From the NCBI GenBank assembly GCA_951406725.2, contig OX597816.1, positions 65,906,001 through 65,970,000 on the forward strand: 64,000 nt of DNA, written 5' to 3'. The translations under genes were made by a program, and so were the position numbers. This document shows positions 12,639 to 23,940 of this stretch, piece by piece (position 1 is the first letter of the stretch; every line of letters begins with the position of its first letter). Source of the DNA: Octopus vulgaris. Its lineage: Eukaryota. Under the pieces are notes generated by a model. The model made no database searches. It saw nothing but the letters and a program-made list of their open reading frames with translations, and was not told where the DNA came from.

Positions 12639-14439
12639 TTAATCATAAATCAGTCATTGTTGACAAAACACAGCCCCTTATACGATGCACCACATTCATA
12701 ATTAATGTTTTTATCTTTAACACACAAATGACTAAAATATTAAACATATATTTCAGTTTCATTCACACAAAATATAGAAGACAGGAGCCCTTGCTGGCAC
12801 AACTTTCAGTCAAAGTAACAAAAATAAATTTGCCTATAAACAATAAACTTCACTGTTTATATATAGAAATAGGCAGCTGTGTGTCCCCCCTACAAAGAAA
12901 AAAAAACAGCAATTTTTCTAACCCTGCTTTCTCCCAAGTGTCCAATCATTTAGCTTTAGGAATTTTTAATCATCCAGAATCTTATAAAGACTAAATTGGA
13001 AGAAAATATTACTCTTAAAACCTTATGCAAATCTATAAGAAATGAAAAATTGAAAATTGATTGAAATGTCAAGAATTTTAATTTAATGTTTTAGAACTTT
13101 TATATTCTTAGAAATAAATTAGAAGCAATTTGTAGCATCAAATGGTTACATAAGATTACCTCAATCATACTGATTTTATTTAAAATTGACATTACTAAAC
13201 CAATTGTATATAATGCAGTATTGTTCAAAAAATCAGACAATATGTAGACAAACATTCGTAATTTGCATTAGGATACATTATATGAAACAACTTATCTTAA
13301 AATTGAGATTAACGAGTTAAGATTCTTTTTCTCCTTCTAAGCTCAATACTCATCCTTTACTTCTTGTTATGGTATATGAAACATATACAGGGAATTATTA
13401 GTCTGCATATGTTGAATTCAGCATATTACACTGCTTCTTTCTCTCTGTCATCCTATACTTTGACTTTTATTACTGGACATGTTTATTTCCTTTGCACTAA
13501 TATATATTTTACTTGCAGCTTCTTAAAGCTGTTATGCTATATTTTTGTTTCTTTCATGCTAATTAATTTGTGCAATCCATTAAATAGTCAATTTAAATTT
13601 GCTTATGTTGCTAGCTACTCATTTTCATCTAATTTCAACAAATTCTACAATAGATTCTACAAGGAGAATCTATTAGCTATTATTCAGAAGCCCCACTAAG
13701 TGTTTAGTCTAAATTATTTTGTTATTCTCATGGACGATGTTTAGTGACTTTCCTTCTGAACACTAAAATCACTTAACATTCTTGACATTCATCATCTTAC
13801 AATGCCTAAATGGCTAAATGCCTAAATGCCTAAATGGCTATCCCAAGTTATTTCAATACTTGTTATGGCCCTCCAAACTTCAGATACAGAAACCCTTTCA
13901 AAATCTTTTTCTGTGTCAACTAATTCAAGCAAGATATCTGTTCTCTGCCAAATATTTTTCTTGCACTTCTTTCGCCAGAAACAAAATATCTCTAATCCAA
14001 AGACTTCCTACATTATCATCAGTTAATGTCCATTTTCTATGCTGGCATTGGTTGTACAATTAAACAGGAGCTGACTAACCAGAGGAACACATCAGGCTCT
14101 GATGTCTGTTTTTGGCATGGTTTCTATGGATAGATGCCCTTCCTACACACTACATCAAATCTAAACTCACTTTATACTGTATTAACTTTGCTAAAATATT
14201 TTCTATCACTTTTCATTAATTGGGTCATTAGCTTGAGACTTTTCTGATGATCTATTGAGCTCTTCCTTTGTACACACCTATGATATGGAAGTAGTTCTTC
14301 AAACATTTTGAAGAAAATCAATAACTTTTTGTTTTTTTCACAGATATACAATAATTTTGTATTGTCAGCTCTGGTATTATGCTGCATCCTTTACCTTGCA
14401 GTGATTTGGTGTGATGTAAAAAGCTGTATTGGATTTGAT

Positions 14440-16160
14440 GCATCATCATCATCATCCTCATCTTCTTGCTTTCTATACTAACATGGGTTGAATGGGTAAT
14501 CATCTTCTAAATTAATTCTTATTTGGTATTCTCATAGACATATTGAGGGCCACATCTCACTTGTGCATTTCTTAGATGACTTCCTAATAACAATCATTTC
14601 ACTGAGTTTACTGGTGGAATTTTATTGTATCATCAATACTAGTGAGGTTGTCTTGCTTTCAACAAGACAACAGAGCTCTCCCTACTTTATTGTCTAAGAG
14701 TGTAAATACAAAGGATAGTAATGATAGAGAAAGAACCAGAGCAAGAAGGTGAAAGAAGAAATGGATAACTGGAGTGAGAGAGAGGCGGGGGGGGGGGCGA
14801 GTGAGATGGGATGAACAGTGATAAGGGAAAAGGTCATATTGATGTGTATAACAGAAGAGAGACAGGATTAGGCAGCTACATGTCAGTTGTTAGTAAAGAG
14901 ATTGGATAGCAAAATACCATAAGCAGCATGATGGAAGATGACAATGATAGGAAGGAGACTGAGGGATGGAAGAAGTAGCAATAGAAGTGAAAGAGAATGA
15001 TGGGATAAAATGATATATAGTGGCAGAAAGAGAGTGATGTGAGAATGATTAGTAGCAATAAAGATGAATGGTGCTGAAGGAAAGAACTAGTCATGAAAAA
15101 GCAGAAATGATGGTCGCTGGTGAGAGAGAGAGAACGAGAATGTGTGTAATAGATGCCAATAATGAGTGATAAGGAAGTGAGTAATGGAAGAGAGAAAAGT
15201 GTGAGGCTAGCACTAAAGAAAATTGACAATTAAGGGAATTAAATAGATGACTCCAATGCCATCTCTTGTTATCTAGGCAACATGATGTAGGAGATATAGT
15301 GATAAAGATGATGTTTGGAGGAAATAGATACAAAAAGATTCAATACCATCAATTGGTGCACTGGTAGAAAAAACAATGAGTGCTTGATGGGAAGATAACA
15401 GAGTTAGGGGGAGAGTTGAGGGTAACTTAATGGACACACTGAGGGAAGTACCTAAATATAGTTATACATCCCACCCTTCATCAATATCACCATCTCAACA
15501 TCTATTCTGTCATGCTTGAATGAGTTGATAATTCTTCTTCAGCATCATGTGTCACCACTTATGGTAATCTTTTGTCATTCTCATGAAGTTCAATCTTCAA
15601 CATATTGCTCTGTTTTCTTTGGTTTCCATCTTCCTCGGATCTATTCTAAGTGCTTAACTTTCTTTTTCCTTTTTACTTATAAGTGATGTTTTCTTTACGC
15701 ATCATATGCCTATATCTGCACACAGCTTTTTCTTCAACTCATTTGTGCTCTATAATTCACAGTAACGTTACACACCTTGTAGTGCATGATTGCTTCATAC
15801 CTTTGAGGCCTACATCCTGCTATTATACAGCATCACACTTCATACCCAAATGTCATAAAATCCTGCCCATGAGTCTGACAGAGAAACCATATATTACTAG
15901 TAGAAATAATTGCACCCTGAACTTTTTCCACAATGTTCACACTCTGCAAGTATTTTAGTGGAACATCCATTTCCCCTGTTAATTAAGTCACCTAGGTAAG
16001 AAAAGCTTTCATCTACTTCTAGGAAATCTGGACATTTGGAAGAATCTTTTTCATATGTACACTTACTATTGGTTGTTCAAAAACCTTCTCTTTAAGCCTG
16101 TTGGTAATCCCACTACATTAGTTGTGTGCTCATAGTTTACACTGGATACACTATATGGAA
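14440..16160 (-). mobile_element. Heavily decayed LINE (probably RTE) with strand-biased 3' region
   Basis: (CAT)n tail at about 14440, a purine-rich + strand stretch at 14720-15440, then degenerate sequence resembling an antisense RTE C-terminus. No intact ORF. Confidence 0.45.
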
Positions 16161-16169
16161 TTTTTAGCT

Positions 16170-16439
16170 ACTGCCTCAACTGGCCTCCGTGCCGGTGGCA
16201 TGTAAAAAGCACCAACCGATCGTGGCTGTTGCCAGCCTTGCCTGGCACCTGTGCCGGTGGCACGTAAAAAGCACTCACTACACTCACGGAGTGGTTGGCG
16301 TTAGGAAAGGCATCCAGCTGTAGAAACACTGCCAGATCAGACTGGGACTGGTGCAGCCTCCTGGCTTCCCAGTCCCTGATCGAACTGTCCAACCCATGCT
16401 AGCATGGAAAGCGGACGTTAAACAATGATGATGATGATG
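16170..16439 (+). mobile_element. SINE-like retroposon with (GAT)n tail
   Basis: Reverse complement of the 9962 and 34678 copies; ends gcggacgttaaacaatgatgatgatg. Confidence 0.85.
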
Positions 16440-16569
16440 CTCTTCTGCTTTTCATGTCCACTCAGTTCCTTGATAACAGCACCATAGACATCACATGTGT
16501 CAGATACATTGGAGCATGTGAAACAGTACATGTGAAACAGCTTCTTTCAAGGTCTAAAATGCACCCTGT

Positions 16570-16868
16570 TTGTTCCTTCTCGAGCCATGCCTGGCTCATA
16601 AGGGCCAGTTTCCCAGTTTCTTGGAATATAGATTCCCCACCTGGATGGAACACCAGTCTGTCGCAGGTGAGCTGCAAGATGCAGGAGGAAAGAGTGGGAG
16701 AAAGTTGTGGCGAAAGAATCAGCAGAAGTTCGCCATTACCTTCTGCCGGAGCCACGTGGAGCTTAGGTGTTTCACTCATAAACACACATATCGCCCGGTC
16801 TGAGATTCGAACCCGCGATCCCTCGACCACAAGTCCGCTGCTCTAACCACTAGGCCATGTGCCTCCAC
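16570..16868 (-). mobile_element. tRNA-derived SINE
   Basis: Minus-strand head gtggaggcacatggcctagtggttagagc...gggttcgaatctc (A and B boxes). A second copy lies at 31065-31357. Confidence 0.88.
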
Positions 16869-17103
16869 AAAATGCTCCCTAGAAGTAGATGATAGCTTTT
16901 ATTACTTTGGTGACCTAATTAATAGAGATGTTGTGGTGAGAGATGTTCACTGTTAGAGAGTGATTGTAGGTGGGGATTAAATATAGACAGGTGCAATGTC
17001 AGCCATCATAATTCAGGCAGCATAGCACAGTGAATAGTGGGTGGGAAGTGAGAGAGTAATAAAAATAAGAGAAGGCAGTAAACGGAGACTCAAGAGGAGC
17101 ATA

Positions 17104-17360
17104 TCATCATCGTCGTTTAACGTCCGCTTTCCATGCTAGCATGGGTTGGATGGTTTGACTGTGGGCTGGCAAACCAGATAGCTGCACCAGGCTCCAGTCT
17201 TGATCTGGCAGAGTTTCTACAGCAGGATGCCCTTCCTAATGCCAACCACTCTGTGAGTGTAGTGGGTGCTTTTACGTGCCACTGGCACGGGGACCAGTCA
17301 GGCGGTACTGGCAATGACCTCGCTTGAATTTTTTTACACATTCAAGCAAGGTCGTTGCCA
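17104..17360 (-). mobile_element. SINE-like retroposon with (GAT)n tail
   Basis: Same family as 9962 and 16170; the subfamily segment is closer to the 44740 copy. Confidence 0.85.
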
Positions 17361-17419
17361 GTAATGGGTGAAAAATCCAAATGTAGATATATTACACATT
17401 CCAACCTCCATCACCACTA

Positions 17420-18740
17420 CCAGCTCAACTTATGCTTTTCCATGCTTACACATAGGGATAGGTCTTATCCAGCATCACATCACCAGTTGTTTTGCTCCTT
17501 TCTCATTTCATTCATAAAATTCAACCTCTAGCAATCAGTCTTCACCACTTTTCCATGTTTTCCTTGGTCTCTCTCTTCTACAGATTCCACCTAGTTCGAG
17601 TTTTTGGCAACTAACAATCTCCTTAGACATTCTATACCCAGATCAGCATTGCCTTTTTTTGCACAGTACATCTAATTACTTTTATATCTGGCTTTTCCTT
17701 CCACTCATTTATATTCTCTTGGTCATGTACTCTAATTTTATCTATCAAGCATAGCAAACTCACTTTATCTATTTCTTGCCTTTGCAAATCCTCCACATTT
17801 AGGACCTATATTTTGCTACCATACTGCAACACATTTCATGCACAAGCATCATACAATCTTCCTTTCGCTCTGCAAGAGGAACACTTTGTTACCTGCAGAG
17901 GTGACAGATACCTGAATTTCTGGCTATTGAACTTTTAGTCTCCAACCACAATGCTAATTAGATCACATAGGTAACAGTAACTCTTATCTACTTCAATGGA
18001 ACCATTTGGACATATTGAAAAGGCCTATTTCTCCCATACTTCTGCTCTTGTGATATCTACTATATATGAAGTTTATCTTCTCTTTCAGCTTACATATGAT
18101 CTCACTATACCATTCGAGTGTTCATAGTTTACACTAGGTACATCATATGAAATTTATACTTATTCCTTTTCTGTTTATCAAGCTGAAAAAGGAATAGGTA
18201 TAAGGAAATGGCAGCAGAGTCTTGTCTTTTTTCTTACTACACCTTACATGTTAGCTAATTTTTCTTTGAGGTTTCTCAGTTCTATGAGTTATTTCTATGG
18301 TTAGAATTTCTCCTTCAAATTTTCTACAGATTCTGCCGTAAGAACTAGGTAAACAGTATGTGGGTTTTCCTGAGTGCAGCTGTTCTTAAACTTTTATGAT
18401 CCGGAGGACTACTTTAAATGAGAGGAAGCTGTGAACAGAACCCTGATAAACCTCTATATGTTCACAAAATTCCTTGCTGGCCTCCTTACTAATTCTCACA
18501 TTCCAACCTCCACAAGATATTCATCTATCCTAATTCCTTGATGGCTTGGTGTAGAGAGTGTGAAATCCTGTCAAAAGCTTTCTCTACGTCAACTAAATGC
18601 TCAACATAGTGTCTTTCCTAGTGAAGTTCTTCTCCTACTGTTGTCTCAATCAGGAGAGGGCACCAGTAATATATCTTTCTAGCACAAAGTTGAACTGTAT
18701 TTCATTTGAATTAATTCTTTTACTAATCAGTGGGGCTTCA
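17420..18740 (-). mobile_element. Decayed LINE fragment
   Basis: Degenerate similarity to 15450-16160 (for example catagtttacact.g.taca...atatg.aattt at about 16131 and about 18123). No intact ORF. Confidence 0.45.
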
Positions 18741-19997
18741 TTCATTTTTACATCCATTTTTTTTCCAAGCTAGCATGGGTTAGATGAATATTTTTTGAAG
18801 CATTGTTTTACAGCCAGATGCTCAACTGCCTTGCAAGTAAAAGACACCTTATTTCACAAATCTTTGATAATGCAAAGCCTGCAGACAACCTTTTGAGTTG
18901 GGAAATGACAGTTGAGTGATTTTTGGAGAATCTAAAAAAAACAAACACAGGGTTAGGATTTAAGTACATTCATAAGCACACCATAAGACAGAAAAGATGG
19001 ACAAAATCACCTCTGAGAATTGAGCCACATATCTATTGAATCATTCAACCATGTCTGAGATGCAGAGGACTTCAGATAAAAAGTATCTAACAACACAGGT
19101 GACCTCTCAGCAGTTGTTCCACTCTAAGTCCACAGGTGAAACTATTCTAATGCATCATGGAAGAGAGTGAAATGATAATAGTTAATGGCAATACAGAATT
19201 AAGTAAGGTAAACCGGAACATTAACAGGATTCTAGAGGCCACAAAATGACTTGTCAAAAGTGGAATTGAATGCTTGACAATGATTTTCTTCAATGTGTCA
19301 AAGGACTCGTTGACTACTTAGGAGAGAAAGGGAATTATTAGAGCACAACGAAACTGCTTAACAAGATGGTGAAAAATTTTGAAACTAAGGAGAGAAATTA
19401 TAACTTGCAATAGGCAATTTAAAAGAGAAAGTATTGAGGTAAAAGAAGGTATAAAAATCTTGATCAGAAGGCTTCAGGAATAATCATACAGACTAACAAA
19501 GTTAAAAAGTTCTCAGAGACTGAGGAAGGAGAAGTAAGCTAAGTGGGCTTGGTTCATGGAGAACTTGTACAAAGTTACCTAAACTTTGTTAGGAGACTGG
19601 AAGACTGTTTGGCTCTAAGGAAATTGTGGATGATTTCCTCAAGGAGAGTCTTAGGGGATAGATGTAAGTGCACATCCAAAGGTTAGCTGAGTGGGAGTTC
19701 CTAAAGAAGTACTCAATACTAAGGAGTTTGCACAGAAAGATGTCCAAGATCTTTCCATAGAAAGATGTGCAAGTGATGTACAAATGGTATCCTTCAGGCT
19801 ATAGAAACTTCTGTAGAAGATATTGGCAAAAGTCGGTTACACACCAAAGAAAGCAGATTCCTCTGAGATTAGTCAGTCCGAACCATTTTTCTCTCTAGTG
19901 TTGAAGACAAAGTATTCTTCTCAGTTCCAAGCCAAAAGGATTATGAGCAGCCTCTTGGAAAGCAAATATTTGGATAAATCTCTTTACTCTCTTTTCT

Positions 19998-20212
19998 CTT
20001 TTACTTGTTTCAGTCATTTGACTGCGGCCATGCTGGAGCACCGCCTTTAGTCAAGCAAATCGACCCCAGGACTTATTCTTTGTAAGCCTAGTACTTATTC
20101 TATCTGGTTCTTTTGCCAAACTGCTAAGTTACGGGGATGTAAACACACCAGCATCGGTTGTCAAGCGAAGTTGGGGGGACAAACACAGACACACAAACAT
20201 ATATACACACAC

Positions 20213-20268
<56 letters not shown>

Positions 20269-20435
20269 GACGGGCTTCTTTCAGTTTCAGTTTCCATCTA
20301 CCAAATCCACTCACAAGGCTTTGGTTGGCCTGAGGCTATAGTAGAAGACAGTTGCCCAAGGTGCCATGCAGTGGGACTGAACCCAGAACTATGTGGTTGG
20401 TAAGCAAGCTACTTACCACATAGCCACTCCTGCAC
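19998..20435 (-). mobile_element. tRNA/CORE-like SINE with internal microsatellite
   Basis: Colinear with 7211-7615. Confidence 0.88.
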
Positions 20436-22429
20436 CTGTATCCAGAAAGTTTACCTTCCATGCTTCTCTGAGTGTTTGAAACACAGAGTAATTAAGTAAA
20501 AACTTAAGTAATTCACCCAAGAGGTCAAAGACAGAAAAACTAACAGTCTGGCTGAAGTTGACCAATGTGCATGACCTAATCTTTCATGACTGCACACACT
20601 ACAGCTATGGAATACTACTATATACCCAGCCACATCATAGAACTACTATATACCCAGCCACATCATGCCTGCTACTTTAAAGGATTCAAGACTGCTCATT
20701 TCACAATTCAGTAGTAGAACCTGGTAAAGGACATTGTTACTGGTTGTCTTACTGTCCCCATTCTGTTTATCATGGTGATTAATTTCTTCACAAGAGACAG
20801 ATGGAAGGAATCCCAACGGTGATAATGGAACATAAATTAATGAGAGATTAATGAGAGATAGCAGAGTTTTACTACACAATATAAGTTTTGCCAAAGCAGA
20901 CCAACACTGGCCTCTTTAGAGTCTGTTTGATAATATATATGTGTATGTGTGTGTATATATGCATGCATGTGTGTGTGTACATATGTATATTTGTGTAGAG
21001 AGAAAGAGAAGTAAAAAAGTCAAGTAAACAAAAGTATGTATAAGGTGTATATTTACATGGAAAGTTGCATATACAAATTTTTAAAAAATAAATGATGTAA
21101 TCAAGTTTTATCTTTACAGCTGTTTCGGATGATCAATGACTTGTGCTATACTAATATTGTAGGTGAATAGAATAACATGGATGTTTTTGAAATTCTTGAT
21201 GCAAGGACATGTTTTTCTCATCAGAATAGTGTAGTATACGTCGGTGTTTATAAGAATATAGATTCAATGAGAAACTAAGTAAGAGGGGTGTGGGGACAGG
21301 TGTCAAGTGAGAAAGATAAAGGAAAAGATGAGATTTGAAAGTGAAATTAACTCAGAAACCTAACCCCCAATTTCACATCCAGTCCCATGCAGCTATAGCA
21401 AAATGGAATTCTTTTTAACATTGTAGTGAAATGTGAAGATATTCTATTTATTCAGTTTTACATTGTGTATAACTGTCTGTCTTGAAAATGAAACTATTAA
21501 TAATACTACTATCAAAGATATAATTTAGAATGTATATGATTAAGAAAGAATGATATATTTTGAACACCATAAGGTTAACTGGCTACAAGACTCCAGTATT
21601 TTTCTTCTCTTAAATTATCCTTCATTACATTCTTAAATACATAAGTACAAATATATTTTTTCTGTAATTAGCTAAACACCTGAAGTAAAAGCAGATCCAT
21701 GGAAGAGAACTCTTGCCATAGAAATATGCTAGTTGAATTATTGAACTTAGTTCCAGTGTCCAGCTGAAGCCATTTCAACTTAGCACTTGTACAATACAAA
21801 CAGAAGGAAGTTAAGACAGACCAGAAATAATATTTAGAGATACTTAAAGTATATCTTTTTCATTTTCAAATATCTTTATATACTGTATAAAGAAAAATTA
21901 TTGAAATCATAGCAAATTTACAATCATCAATCTGTTGTAAAAATTATTTTTTAAATCAGATTAATTCTTACCAGTAAATATCACAATGTTACTGTCGCTG
22001 AGGTTTTGATTTCATAATATTACAAAGAAACCTGATTTGTTTCTAGTTGACAGTTTCATATTCAGATAAGAAATAACTTGCTTATTATCATAACTAGTTT
22101 GTAAACAATAATTGATAACATGTGGTTGTGACATTAATTCAAAATCTGAATAACCATCTTACATACAGGCTTGTTCCCTTTATATAATCTGAAGATAAAA
22201 ATTGCATAAAAATTAAATTAAATGTTTTACCTAAATTCTATTTTTTTTATATGATCAGTTTACCTTATTCCTTTCTAATATTTTTTATGACAAATATCTA
22301 ACAGGAAAATGGATGTTCCTACATATTCTCAGATTTTGTTGCATTTATACAGATAATATTATATGAATAATGTTAAATATTTTTGTGAAGAACTATTTAC
22401 ACCAAATTTATTTTATTTATTGTATCTCA

Positions 22430-22962
22430 AAGGGATAATTACACCAATAATAAAACACATGCACTAGTTCAATTTCACTTCTTTATTATTATTCATCAAT
22501 TAGTTTGCTATTTAACTAACTAATCGATCATTTGATTAATCATTCGGTTAATCAATCAATCTGTTGTGATTGCCAAAGTCCTTTCATCACCATTCACAAC
22601 CCCTTCGATGTCAACTTCAGGCCTGTCTCCTCCCTCTCATTCTCCTGCTTCCCCTCCTCTCATCACATACACTCCCCCTCCCACCCATTCCTTCTGACAT
22701 CTATTCAACTACATAAATATTTAAAAACTAATACTAAAAGCTGGACGGACTTGAAGGTGTTCTGGAGTAGAAAGGGTATGTCATTGAAGAAGCCTCAAAT
22801 AATGGTGTTAAAAGAATTTTGGCAAATACAACTGATTGATTGATTACCCAAATCATTAATCAAACAATTGATTAGTTAGGTGGTTAAATAGCTAACCAAT
22901 TGACAAATAAAGAATTGAAATGAACCAGTGTGCATGATTATAATTGGTATAACAACCCTTCT
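22430..22962. mobile_element. Old MITE or fold-back element with imperfect inverted arms of about 165 bp
   Basis: 22430-22595 aligns by eye to the reverse complement of 22801-22962 (for example tttgattaatcatt..gttaatcaatcaatc.gttgt..ttgccaaa). Confidence 0.75.
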
Positions 22963-23733
22963 AAGATACTACAAAACCTGTCTCACACAAGTTCACATCA
23001 AGAACCTTGCAAATCAAATACAAAAATGAAATATTATTTTATTGATACAGTAATTGTATTCATATTATTCAAAAGTGTAATATTAATATCTAAATTAGTA
23101 TGACTTTCTTTAAGTAATTTCAGTATGTTTCCATTGAATTGCTATCATAGTATGTTTAATAGTGTTCAGCATAAGATAATTTAATATATACTTTCTAAAA
23201 GTATAACAGAATCATATCATAAATGAAATGTCTTAATATAAAAAGAAGTGATAAATTAGTGAAAAACTGAATATTTAAAATATAGTAACAAATATAAATT
23301 TAAAAATTGAAATGAGATAGTTAAATCCATTATAACATATAATACAAGTTTAATATGTATTTGCAGTGTTTTGTAAGAGTTGAAATAATATTCTTGTAAT
23401 ATTCTTGTTGACAATTTTCTAAAAACTGAATGTTTATATTTATATATCCATTCATACAAACACATACAGTACACATGCCATACATTTTATATTAAGTCCA
23501 ATATATGTGCCATGGTGCCAAAATTTGGACATATTCCCTAAGTTACCTTCCCACTGCAAGATCTGTTTAAAGCATATAAATATACATTGGTATACTGTAT
23601 TTTTTTTTAATGTTCATAAATAAAATGTTCTAGTTATCTATAAAGCCTTTAATCTGTTCTATTTATTTTTAGTTACCATTTATCAGTATTGTATAATTTT
23701 CTCAATTGAGTAACCATCTCTTCTTTTATTTAG

Positions 23734-23757
23734 CTGCTTTCTATTGGAGTCAGAAAG
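23734..23757 (+). CDS. RIM: Candidate 24-nt RIM microexon (AAFYWSQK)
   Basis: Sequence reads ctcttcttttatttag|ctgctttctattggagtcagaaag|gtgaga. It is symmetric phase 1-1 with no stop, and lies between the phase-1 donor at 11321 and the phase-1 acceptors downstream. Confidence 0.55.
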
Positions 23758-23882
23758 GTGAGATATAGTTAGATACAGAATAGTTAGTGTGGTGTTGTTT
23801 TTTTTTTATTGTTGTAAATCAATTTAATTACCAAATTACTATATACATACACATACATACATACATACATATATATATATAC

Positions 23883-23940
<58 letters not shown>

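Noticed and set aside
16454-16846. Overlapping 120-130 aa ORFs on both strands
   Set aside because: They fall within a SINE that is repeated at 31065, and show no protein motif.
16790-16868. tRNA-like sequences (also about 31280-31357, 39661-39735 and 3831-3920)
   Set aside because: They are SINE heads attached to repeated bodies, not tRNA genes.
20612-20667. Tandem duplication of about 28 nt (actactatatacccagccacatcat), and an 8-nt tandem repeat at 13801-13840
   Set aside because: Ordinary slippage duplications with no sign of function.
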